Shown one piece after another: positions 1 through 9,696 of a DNA stretch of 64,000 nucleotides; the first letter of the stretch is position 1; the number at the start of each line of letters is the position of its first letter. This stretch comes from a virus (taxonomy: Duplodnaviria > Caudoviricetes): the IMG/VR virus record IMGVR_UViG_2706796186_000001, positions 128,001 to 192,000 of that record. One strand, 5' to 3'. The translations under genes and the position numbers were made by a program. The notes below the pieces were generated by a model. The model ran no database searches. It was not told the DNA's origin and was given only the letters and a program-made list of their open reading frames with translations.

Positions 1-2
1 AC

Positions 3-335
3 TGGCGGCCAGTGTTGGAACTGGTCGATGCAGCTGACTATTTGATGCCGATGCGTAACCTCCAGGCAAAATTGGAAGTACCGGTACGGAACTTTGGGTT
101 TATTCTCACGAGTATCATCGACTCGAGTACGTTGCAGGCGATGAAAAACATCTCGGCAACACTGGCACGCGGTGTACCGGCACCGGTGTTGTACCGCCCA
201 ACGGCGAACATCTTCAAAGCAGCGCAAGACTTCCGAGCGACGAATCCGGTACGGTCGTTTGCATTCCGGTTCACAGCGACGTATGACAGGCGGACTGATT
301 TAGCCACCACCAATGGCGAACTGAACGGCTTTTAA
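3..335 (+). CDS. 3' end of a virion structural protein (starts before the window); paralogue of 2267..3799
   Basis: Frame is open from nt 3. WRPVLELVD matches WRPMLELID of 2267..3799, and the C-terminus LATTNGELNGF matches LATANGELDGF. Confidence 0.8.
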   Translation, partial: WRPVLELVDAADYLMPMRNLQAKLEVPVRNFGFILTSIIDSSTLQAMKNISATLARGVPAPVLYRPTANIFKAAQDFRATNPVRSFAFRFTATYDRRTDLATTNGELNGF

Positions 336-346
336 AGGATACGATT

Positions 347-1363
347 ATGTCATTAAAACTTTCGTGGGCGAACCCGAACACGGCAGCCACCGCGATCCGT
401 ATCTATCGTAAAGATACGAACTTTGACTCCAGTTCCCTTCCCACGCCGCTGGCGGAGATTGGGCCATTGGAAACCAGTTACATCGACACCACGGCGGTCG
501 AAGGCAACAGTTACTACTACGCCATCGGTACCGTGAGTGCGGTGGACGAGGTCTTTACCGCGACGCAGAAAATCGTTGCCACAGATAACCGTGGCGCGGG
601 CCCGAACATCTTACTCGGTGGCGACACCATGCTTGGCTACTACGGTCAGATGTTAGTTGAAGACTTTGTCAACAACTCCACCATTCTGGCTGCGGCGGCA
701 ACGCTTGCGGGATTGCCAACGGCGTTGGTATCGCCGAACTGGCACAAGTTTATCCGTAACGGAAAAATCTTGTACTTACCGGACACCAACTTCGGTAATA
801 CTGATTACCGCTATCTGTACCAAGCGGGTTTTGTCCACGGTATTGATGCGAACGGACCGGCAGGCTTCGCGACGACGGGCCTGACACCAACGAAACAGTT
901 GCGCACTTTTGTGCTGAAAGGTCAGACGTATAAAATCCGACTGATGCGTGGTTGGAGCGATGGTCCAGAAACGGATATCTCGGCGTACAACGGCGCGGCG
1001 GCTAACCACGATAACGTGGCGAATACCAAAGACAACGAATTCAACGACTTGGTTTACGCGTTGAATAAGTTCACGCCGTTGAAACAACGTACCCCTAACT
1101 TCATCAATCTGGAGTGGGATAAATTTGTCGGTGCGCCTACTACCAACTGGAGCAGCTCCGAGGCCCTGAGTGCCATGATTGCACAGTTCCGCATTGTGAC
1201 TCAGGAGCGCTGGCCGGGCGGCAGTGTATTATCCCGTGGCCAACGTGAAGTGACTTGGGGTCAGTATGCCTCACCACATTCGCGTGCGCATGTGTCGAAC
1301 ATCAGTTCCTCCGGGGTCACGCAAACGCTGATCTGGTTGCCAGTTATCGAACTCGTGGATTAA
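347..1363 (+). CDS. phiKZ-like virion/tail paralogue family protein (FN3-like N-terminal domain + GPGP/GYYG domain)
   Basis: RBS aagga. N-terminal LKLSW..IRIYR..YIDT..YYY; GAGPNILLGGD..GYYG; WHKFIRNGKILYLP; C-terminal WLPVIELV. Paralogue of 3812..4807. Confidence 0.8.
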   Translation: MSLKLSWANPNTAATAIRIYRKDTNFDSSSLPTPLAEIGPLETSYIDTTAVEGNSYYYAIGTVSAVDEVFTATQKIVATDNRGAGPNILLGGDTMLGYYGQMLVEDFVNNSTILAAAATLAGLPTALVSPNWHKFIRNGKILYLPDTNFGNTDYRYLYQAGFVHGIDANGPAGFATTGLTPTKQLRTFVLKGQTYKIRLMRGWSDGPETDISAYNGAAANHDNVANTKDNEFNDLVYALNKFTPLKQRTPNFINLEWDKFVGAPTTNWSSSEALSAMIAQFRIVTQERWPGGSVLSRGQREVTWGQYASPHSRAHVSNISSSGVTQTLIWLPVIELVD

Positions 1364-1372
1364 GAGGTTACA

Positions 1373-2257
1373 ATGGGTATTAAATTAGATTGGGTGGATC
1401 AGTCTGCTCAACAACTCACCGCGATTGAGATTTATCGTAGCGCCACACCAATCTCTACGACTAACCCCGGTACACCGATTGTGACGTTGCCGGGTAACGC
1501 AACGAGTTATGAAGACAACACCGTCAAAAACAAATCGCGTTATTACTACCGTATTGCCGCAGTGAAGGGTAGTGATAAAAGCTTCTCGCCGAATCAACTC
1601 ACCGGCTACTTCGCGGAAACCGGACCCGGCCGTGCTACCCCGATGCGCGGGGACTGGAACGCGGGCTTTATGGATGTACTGCCGATGAACGATTTCGTCA
1701 GTATGTCATCGTTGTTTACTAAGCTCCCCGGTTTGGCGAAATACGGCGCGGTCGCAAACACTATCCCTAGCTGGTACAAGATGTGTTATCAAGGCAAAGT
1801 ATTATTTGTGCCCAGCGCGGCGATCACCAATATGTCTTGGAACGAACTGTACGCGGAGAAAGCCATCTTTGGGGAAGAAAGTACCGCGACGTTACCTAAC
1901 GGCACCTTAGCCAGCGGGAAGCTGACGGTGGAAATCGGCGGGTTGAACTATATCGTTCGCTGCCCGAAACTCTCGCCGGTGGCGTACAGCAACTACGTTA
2001 CCCTGCAAGAGCAAACGGTGGATAGCGAGTGGCGTGATACCGTCAGTCGTCTTGCGCAGCTGTCGCTTGAGCCACAGGCCGGGGCCAAAACCCGCTTGAT
2101 GGACTTGACAGGCGCTCCGTTTATCGCGGTAGGTGGACATCTTCAAAACGCCACCCAACACACTGCGATGCTGACCGCGGCCCCAGGGGCCTTGTCGTAC
2201 GGGGGTGTTAACAACCGTTATGCTATTGGGTTGATTCTTGAACTCGTCATGCCGTAA
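1373..2257 (+). CDS. phiKZ-like virion/tail paralogue family protein
   Basis: RBS gagg. IKLDW..IEIYRS..YEDNTVK..YYY; GPG..RGDW..G; WYK..YQGKVLFVP; ends ILELV. Paralogue of 4811..5713. Confidence 0.8.
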   Translation: MGIKLDWVDQSAQQLTAIEIYRSATPISTTNPGTPIVTLPGNATSYEDNTVKNKSRYYYRIAAVKGSDKSFSPNQLTGYFAETGPGRATPMRGDWNAGFMDVLPMNDFVSMSSLFTKLPGLAKYGAVANTIPSWYKMCYQGKVLFVPSAAITNMSWNELYAEKAIFGEESTATLPNGTLASGKLTVEIGGLNYIVRCPKLSPVAYSNYVTLQEQTVDSEWRDTVSRLAQLSLEPQAGAKTRLMDLTGAPFIAVGGHLQNATQHTAMLTAAPGALSYGGVNNRYAIGLILELVMP

Positions 2258-2266
2258 GGAGGGCAC

Positions 2267-3799
2267 ATGGGCTTATACGATCGTGATTCGCTGAGTTTAC
2301 TGTGTCGGCTCATCATGCGCGATAATCCCCAGCTTGCTGTAGCACTTGATCCGACCAAGGTGATGGTGCTCAGCGGACCCTTTACATCCGGTTTAGGTAC
2401 CAGCGGGCGTAATGCCCGCATTACCCTGAACGGACGGACTGGTTCAGGGATTGTTGGGAAAAAAGAATTCTTCTACGACCGCATCAACCTCGGTGCCTTA
2501 TTCAACGGCATTACCGTGGTGTTTATGGCGGCAGGCAGTGCCAAAACGTACGCCGATTTGTTACCGGCTCTCAATGAGCAGTATGGCATCACGTTGCAGG
2601 CTTCAGACCTCGCCAACGGTACCACCAAGCTGCCGCAAGCCTACACCCCTACACAGGTGACACTCACCATTGCCAGCACCTCACCGGCCTTTACAGGTAG
2701 CCTGACGGTCACCTGGACCCGAACGCCGGTAGGCACCTTCCCGGACTCGGGACCGGGCAGCAAGGTGATGTTGATTGGGGATATGAATGAAGGGTACTTC
2801 GGTTTAGTGTCCGAAGAGGAGCTGTTCAATGCCCCTGCATTGCATGCGAAGATAAACGAAGGCAATGCCAGCCCTGTCGGTACGGTTAATGCCATCCCAG
2901 CCACCCGCCACTGGTATAAGTTTGCCCGCGACGGCAAGATTGTTTATCTGGCCAGTTACAACCACATTAACATTCTCTGGCGGGATTTGTATACGCGTGG
3001 GGCAGTGTACGAAACCACCGTACCGCTCAACGATCATAAAGCCCCTGCCAGTTTGACACGCACGGTGCAGAAGTTAGCAATGCGGAAAGTGGAGAGCGGA
3101 CGGGAATGGTATTTGTCGCCATGTATGCCACGTCTGTCCGACCAGACCTCTTGGGACTATAGCGCCATTAACCAAACGCCCGACCCAACGGGTGACGTTG
3201 CCCGGCTGTTTATGAAAGTGGCAAATGCGGGAGGCTACGCTACCGGGGAATGGGACGTTCAGTCCATCGACGCCAACGGTTACTGGCAGTCCACGGCTTC
3301 TAAGTCTGACCCAGCAAAAGCCTTCGGCAGCAGCATGGTCGGTTGGAACCAGGGGATGTACGACATGCTCACCTTCACCGGGGGCTGGCGGCCGATGCTG
3401 GAGCTGATTGATCCGGCCGTTGTGGGTTTACCGTTAGAAAACTTCGTCGGTACCCCAGAGGGGGTTCTGCGTAAACCGTTGGTCACCATTAGTCCAGACA
3501 CCGGTGATATCCTGCTGCTGCTGTCGGACGTCGCGTGGGAAATCCAGGGGGCGTTGAAAAAGCCACAGGTCTCAATGTTACCCTCTCCACTGCTGAATGT
3601 CAGAGAGATAACGGCACGCGTAGCAGCAGAAACCGATCCGCTTGTGCTGGACTTTGTTACGGCACCTCTCCTGAGTGTACGGCAGACCAGCTGGCAAAAC
3701 GTATTGCGAGCACCGCAAGCACAACTTGTTGCGGAATACAAAGCATCGACAGTTGTTAATCTCGCGACTGCGAACGGTGAACTCGACGGCTTTAAATAA
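2267..3799 (+). CDS. virion structural protein (N-terminal domain shared with 6336/6944 genes, GPG domain, GELDGF tail)
   Basis: RBS aaggaggg. RNARITL..G.KEFFYDRINL domain; GPGSKVMLIGDMNEGYFG; WYKFARDGKIVYL; ends GELDGFK. Confidence 0.8.
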   Translation: MGLYDRDSLSLLCRLIMRDNPQLAVALDPTKVMVLSGPFTSGLGTSGRNARITLNGRTGSGIVGKKEFFYDRINLGALFNGITVVFMAAGSAKTYADLLPALNEQYGITLQASDLANGTTKLPQAYTPTQVTLTIASTSPAFTGSLTVTWTRTPVGTFPDSGPGSKVMLIGDMNEGYFGLVSEEELFNAPALHAKINEGNASPVGTVNAIPATRHWYKFARDGKIVYLASYNHINILWRDLYTRGAVYETTVPLNDHKAPASLTRTVQKLAMRKVESGREWYLSPCMPRLSDQTSWDYSAINQTPDPTGDVARLFMKVANAGGYATGEWDVQSIDANGYWQSTASKSDPAKAFGSSMVGWNQGMYDMLTFTGGWRPMLELIDPAVVGLPLENFVGTPEGVLRKPLVTISPDTGDILLLLSDVAWEIQGALKKPQVSMLPSPLLNVREITARVAAETDPLVLDFVTAPLLSVRQTSWQNVLRAPQAQLVAEYKASTVVNLATANGELDGFK

Positions 3800-3811
3800 G
3801 AGGATTTGTAA

Positions 3812-4807
3812 ATGGCCTTAAAACTAAAATGGAAGAACCCGAATGTCGGGGCGACCACCATTGACATTTATCGTGGCGATACGATTAACGTCAGTCTCAC
3901 CACACCACTGGTGACATTAACGAACGGCGAGCTGTCGTGGGTAGATACGACGGCATTGTTTGGAAAAACGTATTACTACGTCTGGGCCGTGAATACCGCA
4001 AACGACCGCGTAGTCAGTCGCCCACAGAAAATTGAGGTTAACGACCGTAAAGGCCCTGGACCCAACTTGCTGTTGCATGGTAACGAAGGCTACGGTTTCT
4101 TTGGGGTGGTTCCAGCCGCAGATTTTGTTAACAGCGGCGCTATCTTGGCCGTAGCGAAAAATCTCAGTGGTGTCCCACAAGCCACCGTGTATCCGACTTG
4201 GTATAAGTTCATTCGCAAAGGCAAGGTTCTGTTTGTACCAAACCAAAGCTTTGGCGATACCACTTGGCAAGCACTGTATAACGCGGGCTTTGTTTACGGG
4301 GTTAACAATACGGGACCGGGCGGTGCGGGAACCGTTAACCAATTAACAACGTTTGAACTGAACGGCGACCTGTTCTTAGTCCGGGCAACAAAAGCGTTTC
4401 CTGAGGAAGTGCCGTGGACGGACGGACTGGGTTCGTACGATCTTGATACCATGCCTGTGATGGCAAATGTGTACGCCGAATACGAAGACCTGCTGTATCC
4501 GATGGCCGCACACTCCCCGCTGCGTAAACGGATGGTAACGGTTGGAGATGAAAATCTCAACAGCGTCCTACCGCCCCTGTATAACACCGTCTCTCGTACT
4601 GTGATTGGGGTCTGCTGCCAGGACTACAACAACAACTTAGTGCTCCAGCGCGGGGTTGGCTATAACTCATACGGCCAATCCTCACACAACCGCAACACGC
4701 TGCGTGCCTGCAACCGTCGTACCAAGACCGATACCTGCGTCTGGTGGCCGGTGGTGGAATACATTGGGCGTGTAGGTGAAGTAGACTTGACAAAATTAGG
4801 AGTGTAA
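3812..4807 (+). CDS. phiKZ-like virion/tail paralogue family protein
   Basis: RBS gagga. LKLKW..IDIYR; GPGPNLLLHGNEGYGFFG; WYKFIRKGKVLFVP. Paralogue of 347..1363. Confidence 0.8.
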   Translation: MALKLKWKNPNVGATTIDIYRGDTINVSLTTPLVTLTNGELSWVDTTALFGKTYYYVWAVNTANDRVVSRPQKIEVNDRKGPGPNLLLHGNEGYGFFGVVPAADFVNSGAILAVAKNLSGVPQATVYPTWYKFIRKGKVLFVPNQSFGDTTWQALYNAGFVYGVNNTGPGGAGTVNQLTTFELNGDLFLVRATKAFPEEVPWTDGLGSYDLDTMPVMANVYAEYEDLLYPMAAHSPLRKRMVTVGDENLNSVLPPLYNTVSRTVIGVCCQDYNNNLVLQRGVGYNSYGQSSHNRNTLRACNRRTKTDTCVWWPVVEYIGRVGEVDLTKLGV

Positions 4808-4810
4808 GGG

Positions 4811-5713
4811 ATGGGAATCACGATTAACTGGGATGACCAGACCGACCAAGCGTTAGATGCCATCGAGGTGTATCGTTCAACATCACCGATTGACATTAAC
4901 AATCCTGGTACCCCGATTGCGACACTGGCAGGAACCGCCCGCTCGTACGAAGATACTGCGGTGAAAGTGGGGAACACGTATTACTACTGTGTGGCGGTAA
5001 AGAAGGGAGAGAACCGTTCTTTCGGTGCGGTGCAGACCCAAGGCTATTATGCTAACTTAGGTCCTGGACCACAGCGGTTGTTACGCGGAGATTGGGTACG
5101 CGGCTACTTCGGTGAAATGTCTCCAGCTGACTGGGTGACCCCGGCGGATGTGGCTAACAAAATCAAGGATGCGCTCAAGTCCACCACGGGGATCACTTTC
5201 ACAACCAGCACCGGCTCTATCTGGTTCAAGTTTATCTATAAAGGGAAGATTCTCTTTATTCCGAACCTGAACCTGTTGAACAGCAGCAACTGGACAACCG
5301 GCTACAATGCTGGGTTTATTTTCGGCACTGACGATTTTGGAAACTCACCAACGGGTGTCCCCGGTGCCGTTAACCAACGTTGTGTGATTGAAATCGCTGG
5401 ACTTCAGTACATCGCTCGTGCGATTCGTCTGTCAGAAAAACCGACTACCCAATACCTGACCGACCAGCTGGACTTTAATGACAGCGAATGGAAGTCTACC
5501 TATGCACGACTGCGGGCCGACGGGTTAGCCATTACCGACCCAACAGTACAACCGCGAGTGAATGACTTGAGCAGTCTTAACAGCACAGGCAGCGCGCATA
5601 TGGCCGACGCTAACAACAGCGCCGCGGTTATTAGCAGCGCTCCTGAAACCTTGGGCAAAACCCCGAAAACTTCGGGTATTGGCTGGATGGTTGTACTCGA
5701 ACTGTTGCAATAA
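4811..5713 (+). CDS. phiKZ-like virion/tail paralogue family protein
   Basis: ITINW..IEVYRS..YEDTAVK; GPGPQRLLRGDWVRGYFG; WFKFIYKGKILFIP; DSEWK. Paralogue of 1373..2257. Confidence 0.8.
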   Translation: MGITINWDDQTDQALDAIEVYRSTSPIDINNPGTPIATLAGTARSYEDTAVKVGNTYYYCVAVKKGENRSFGAVQTQGYYANLGPGPQRLLRGDWVRGYFGEMSPADWVTPADVANKIKDALKSTTGITFTTSTGSIWFKFIYKGKILFIPNLNLLNSSNWTTGYNAGFIFGTDDFGNSPTGVPGAVNQRCVIEIAGLQYIARAIRLSEKPTTQYLTDQLDFNDSEWKSTYARLRADGLAITDPTVQPRVNDLSSLNSTGSAHMADANNSAAVISSAPETLGKTPKTSGIGWMVVLELLQ

Positions 5714-5756
5714 AAAAAGATAACCTCTATACCCCGAAGGGTATAGAGGTCTTTTC
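5712..5756. terminator. bidirectional intrinsic terminator
   Basis: Stem acctctataccc-cgaa-gggtatagaggt (UUCG loop on the minus strand), flanked by an A tract and a T tract, between convergent genes. Confidence 0.85.
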
Positions 5757-6210
5757 ATTTCTCGTCAGGACTCGTGGCACACTGCAAGAACGTCATACCC
5801 TCGCCGTTACCGGTAGTCGGGTCAACCGTAGAGTACGAGTAGGTTGCGTTCTTACCTTGGCTGCCGTGTAAGCGGTAATAGCGGGTGCCGGTAAACAGAT
5901 CAACGCTACCGTCAATTTTACCGAGCAAGTCTTTATACAGTTGCGGCGTTTGAACATCACCGCCCGGATAACTGGCGTGCCATGTGGCCCCGTTGTCGAC
6001 CACGGTAACAGAGAAGGGCATCAATTCAAGCTTACCGAGTTGCGGTTGATACTTGACAAAAGTCTCTTTTGCAGCGCTACACTGATAGACCGTGAACTCG
6101 GTCGCTGCAACTGGAATGGTGCCAAATTGGTCCGTTGTGTTCGGTGCCATTGCACAGCCCGCGGCCAACATAATCAGCGCGACGAATAACATTTGAAGTT
6201 TACGCATCAT
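5755..6210 (-). CDS. predicted lipoprotein
   Basis: Start revised to ATG 6210 (RBS aggtagg). MMRKLQMLFVALIMLAAG-C gives a basic n-region, hydrophobic h-region and lipobox. Confidence 0.7.
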   Translation of the reverse strand: MMRKLQMLFVALIMLAAGCAMAPNTTDQFGTIPVAATEFTVYQCSAAKETFVKYQPQLGKLELMPFSVTVVDNGATWHASYPGGDVQTPQLYKDLLGKIDGSVDLFTGTRYYRLHGSQGKNATYSYSTVDPTTGNGEGMTFLQCATSPDEK

Positions 6211-6335
6211 TTCCCTACCTTTCACAGTTTCGATTTTATTAGTGACAAACGTCATATAACAAGCCATGTCTGTAAGAAAGCGCGACCCTGCGCTATTTTC
6301 TATGTACCACCTGTTAACACTAAGAGGAATACCCG

Positions 6336-6872
6336 ATGGCCATCATCACTCCACAGGCGCAACTGGTTGCCCTGTTCAATGCGAAAAACGCAAGTCTGCC
6401 ACAAGCGCTGGTTGTTGCTGACGTCACCTTCGGTGCCGTTGATGTCTACACACCGGGCGACGGTGGCGATACCCGCAACACCAAACTGACCATCACCGCA
6501 GTGGCCGACAACGCCCACTTCACCGGTGAGAAAGAACTGCACTACACCCGTCTGAGTTCAGGCATCGTCGGCCCGAAAGCGGTTACCGCGGATCTGGCAG
6601 ACTGGGATACCGACGCGGAAGTGCTGGCCATCCTGAATGCGGACGTTATTGCTGCGGGTAAAACCGAAGATGCGTTTGCACTGGCTGACCTGACCATTAC
6701 GCGCGAAGGTACCGGTACCAACGAAGACCCGATGGTAATTGACGTGTCCATTAATGCGGGCCACATCAAGTACCTGCCGGGGCAGGTTGCCACGTATACC
6801 GTGACTGAAGAAATTCAGAAAACGGATCTGAGCACCACCGATGGTGAGCTGGATGGTTTTACCGTCGCGTAA
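6336..6872 (+). CDS. virion structural protein (GELDGF-tail family)
   Basis: RBS gagga. RNTKLTIT..FTGEKELHYTRL domain shared with 2267 and 6944; ends DGELDGFTVA. Confidence 0.8.
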   Translation: MAIITPQAQLVALFNAKNASLPQALVVADVTFGAVDVYTPGDGGDTRNTKLTITAVADNAHFTGEKELHYTRLSSGIVGPKAVTADLADWDTDAEVLAILNADVIAAGKTEDAFALADLTITREGTGTNEDPMVIDVSINAGHIKYLPGQVATYTVTEEIQKTDLSTTDGELDGFTVA

Positions 6873-6897
6873 CGCCCTGACTATGGTTAGGTAATAT

Positions 6898-6929
6898 AGG
6901 GAGCTTCGGCTCCCTCTTTTATTTTTTTC
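6898..6929 (+). terminator. intrinsic terminator
   Basis: agggagc-ttcg-gctccct followed by a T-rich run. Confidence 0.8.
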
Positions 6930-6943
6930 TTCAAGGAGTGCAC

Positions 6944-7444
6944 ATGGCGAAGACATTGCAAGAAGAGTTCATTGATTTAGTGAACACCAAAAACGCAGGA
7001 TTAGGTTTAACGTTAGCGGACGTGGATTTCAGCGACCCGAGCGATTATGTCCCCGGCGCGGAAGGTGGTACGCGTAACAGCGTACTGACGTTAACAGCAA
7101 AAGCAAGCAGCGCGACCTTTAAAGGAAGCAAAGATTATCACTTTAACCGCTTTAACTTTACCCATCCAAATGGGGAAGATGCGGTGTCTGTGATGATAAG
7201 CGACCTAGACTTGTACTGGCAAGAGGACGATTATGCACTGGCGCAGTTTAACAAAGCCTTGCCTAACCATCCCGTTACCCTGTCAGAGGTCACCATCACC
7301 CGTAGTACGGTGGAAGGACACCTGCGTGTGAAGTTGAAAATCGTTCCAACCCATTTGAAATGGCAAGGTGCGTACGTATTCGAAATCTACGACGGTAAAA
7401 CGTTACTGGATAGCCGAGACGGCGAGTTAGACGGTTTCAATTAA
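6944..7444 (+). CDS. virion structural protein (GELDGF-tail family)
   Basis: RBS aaggag, ATG 6944. RNSVLTLT..FKGSKDYHFNRF; ends DGELDGFN. Paralogue of 6336..6872. Confidence 0.8.
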   Translation: MAKTLQEEFIDLVNTKNAGLGLTLADVDFSDPSDYVPGAEGGTRNSVLTLTAKASSATFKGSKDYHFNRFNFTHPNGEDAVSVMISDLDLYWQEDDYALAQFNKALPNHPVTLSEVTITRSTVEGHLRVKLKIVPTHLKWQGAYVFEIYDGKTLLDSRDGELDGFN

Positions 7445-7445
7445 T

Positions 7446-7490
7446 AAAAAGGTGTACCGCTACCCTTCGGGGTAGCGGTATCCTTATTTT
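7446..7490. terminator. bidirectional intrinsic terminator
   Basis: taccgctaccc-ttcg-gggtagcggta with A/T flanks, between convergent genes. Confidence 0.85.
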
Positions 7491-7510
7491 AAACGGCCTG
7501 TACGGCCTTC

Positions 7511-8221
7511 TCAGGCGTTTAACAGTGGAATCTGCGTAATCGGTTGACTTAACGGCTGCGGTTCCCAAGTGACCGTTACAGCGTTAAATGCACGCTTGAT
7601 GTTCTGGTAGCGCGCATTCACACAATGGGCGTGTTTCACATCCCAACGTTCATGCTCAGGAATCGCGTTTTCAATCTGTTCACGGAAGAACAGATAGTTG
7701 CGATTGTAGTTCAGCGTGACATCCGAAATTGACGGGTAGCTGTACTGATGCGGGTTATCGTTCTTATCGGCATACGACGGCCAGCCGAAGTTCTTCACCG
7801 CTTCGTAAAACGAGTTGGCGAGGAATGATTCGACCTTCATCATTTCCATAATCCGCAAGAACATCAAATCCGCAAACGGCTTGTCCGTTGCCCGTGACAG
7901 ATTGCCCGCCGGAGTATCCGGGTAGGGTACTGGGGACGGGGCTTTCTGATACAGCAGGTCGTGGATACAGGCAGCTGCCGCCCAAGGGCCATCAGGGTGC
8001 AGAATCGGCTGTAAGGCAGCTGGGATACTCGCCAAGTCCGTGACGAAGCCCGCGGGGGCGGTGACATACATCAGCGTGTCAGGATGAATACCAGAACGGT
8101 ACACCATGTCATCCAAGCCCGGATGGTCACGGTACAATGCCCTCAGCGTAAACGGTACCCGGAAGTCGTCTGTCAGAATGAACCACTGCTTATCTAACAC
8201 TTTATACTTCAACTCGTTCAT
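7511..8221 (-). CDS. DUF1353 family protein
   Basis: PAGFVTDLASIP...AAACIHDLLY...ADLMFLRIM...YEAVKNFG are the characteristic DUF1353 motifs. Confidence 0.8.
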   Translation of the reverse strand: MNELKYKVLDKQWFILTDDFRVPFTLRALYRDHPGLDDMVYRSGIHPDTLMYVTAPAGFVTDLASIPAALQPILHPDGPWAAAACIHDLLYQKAPSPVPYPDTPAGNLSRATDKPFADLMFLRIMEMMKVESFLANSFYEAVKNFGWPSYADKNDNPHQYSYPSISDVTLNYNRNYLFFREQIENAIPEHERWDVKHAHCVNARYQNIKRAFNAVTVTWEPQPLSQPITQIPLLNA

Positions 8222-8353
8222 GAAAGTGCCACCTTAACCATACTGAGCACCACCATGCCTATAATCGACCCCCACAACACATACGCAGGTGGATCATCCT
8301 CGGTAAAGAATTTTGTCGGTACAGAATTGTTCATGGTGATGCCCTTATGGTTA

Positions 8354-8953
8354 TTATTTAGAACATACCCCTACCTTGATAGCGTAGTCGCCCATTTCAC
8401 GGTAGACGCGGTCATACCAACCGTAAGTGAACTCTTCGTTCTGTACACGCTTCTCGGAAATCTCGGTGTAGTAAGACACCTGATGGGAAGTGAGCGCGAA
8501 CATCAAACGGTTGAAGCCATCCAGACCACGGGCTTTCAGGAAACCTTCCAGCGCAGTCATAGTTGCAGGGCCGATACCACCGTCAGCAGAGATGTCGGCA
8601 TACAGTTTACCCTGACGGTTCAACACGTTCAGAATACGCTGAAGCGATTTGATGCAGTTTGCACGACCGGCGTTAATGCCGAAGTCGAACATACGGTCAG
8701 CCAAGAGCGGATTCCATGCGAGAATACGGTCAAGGCGCATACGGTCCCACCACCCTTTCTTGTAGATGTCGAGTGCCATCTGACGCGTCAGGTTACGCAT
8801 GTCGCCGGTGTAGCCGTTTTCACGCGCGGTAGCTTGTGTGATGCCGAAGTTGGTTGGGCCACCCAAGTCGTTCGGGTTGTTAACATAACCGGCTTCAATG
8901 TTAACTTTGGCCGCAATGATACCTTCCATACTCCAACGGTCTACAGTTGTCAT
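8354..8953 (-). CDS. glycoside hydrolase family 108 lysozyme (endolysin-like) with C-terminal peptidoglycan-binding domain
   Basis: EAGYVNNPNDLGGPTNFGIT catalytic motif; FDFGINAG; LQRILN..DGGIGPAT; FTYGWYDR. ATG 8953 with RBS gagga. Confidence 0.9.
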   Translation of the reverse strand: MTTVDRWSMEGIIAAKVNIEAGYVNNPNDLGGPTNFGITQATARENGYTGDMRNLTRQMALDIYKKGWWDRMRLDRILAWNPLLADRMFDFGINAGRANCIKSLQRILNVLNRQGKLYADISADGGIGPATMTALEGFLKARGLDGFNRLMFALTSHQVSYYTEISEKRVQNEEFTYGWYDRVYREMGDYAIKVGVCSK

Positions 8954-8995
8954 AACATTTCCTCTAATAAAGAACAACAGTCATAACAACCGTAA

Positions 8996-9034
8996 GAAAA
9001 AAAAGAAAAGCGACCCACCCCCGAAGGAGTGGGT
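8996..9034 (-). terminator. intrinsic terminator closing the radical SAM/Cys-rich operon
   Basis: Minus strand acccactcc-ttcg-ggggtgggt followed by a long T tract, just after the 9040 stop. Confidence 0.85.
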
Positions 9035-9039
9035 ACGAC

Positions 9040-9696
9040 TTAGGCTACACCGTTATCCGCAGCAAGCTGCTTAACTGCGGTGAAGTCTTTTTGTTCCGTG
9101 AGGATACGGATGCGTTGTTTCAACACAGACATGACCATGTGCAGGTCATTGTCACGCGTGATGATTTCCGCATAGAGGGCTTTAACGTCCTCCACCGTCC
9201 ACGGCTCGATAGGCTCGTTGTTCAGCGTCATCCAGTACATCGGGTCAACCCCGGACTGCATGTAGCTTTGCATCGATTCGCGCGACTTCTCGTCAGCTTG
9301 GAACGTCTTGTCACGGAAGGTAATGGGTGCAAACCGTTCCGCGTTATACTTGTCGTTCAGTTTCGGATAAATCGCATTGACTTCCTGATAGAGGTAGTTC
9401 TCCGTCGAGGTCAGCGCGGTACGTACGTGGTCTAAATCAATCTCCAGCACGTCAGCAATAAACTCTTTGGTTTTCTTCATCAGGAATTCAATTTCAACCG
9501 GTGACAGGTCAAAGCCTTTGAGTTTCTCGCGGGCTTTCTTGTCACTCATACCGTTAATCAGATGGTAGTGCAGTAGCAGGCAGAACCCGATACGGTTTTC
9601 CATCTGGTCTTGGTATTCTTCCACGTAGTTACCGTAGCGGTCGATACGCGTGCCCCGTTCGAAATAACGGGCTTTTATTTCGTCGTTACTAAGCAT
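9040..9696 (-). CDS. DUF4376-like protein (putative tail-fibre assembly/accessory protein)
   Basis: C-terminal half ITFRDKTFQADEKSRESM...WMTLNNEPIEPWTVEDVKAL resembles the DUF4376 pattern (F-x-x-D-x-x-S ... W-x-T-x-x-N) common beside tail-fibre genes. Confidence 0.6.
   Translation of the reverse strand: MLSNDEIKARYFERGTRIDRYGNYVEEYQDQMENRIGFCLLLHYHLINGMSDKKAREKLKGFDLSPVEIEFLMKKTKEFIADVLEIDLDHVRTALTSTENYLYQEVNAIYPKLNDKYNAERFAPITFRDKTFQADEKSRESMQSYMQSGVDPMYWMTLNNEPIEPWTVEDVKALYAEIITRDNDLHMVMSVLKQRIRILTEQKDFTAVKQLAADNGVA

Noticed and set aside
8255-8986. 243-aa plus-strand ORF
   Set aside because: It is the antisense shadow of the GH108 lysin, which carries the catalytic motifs.
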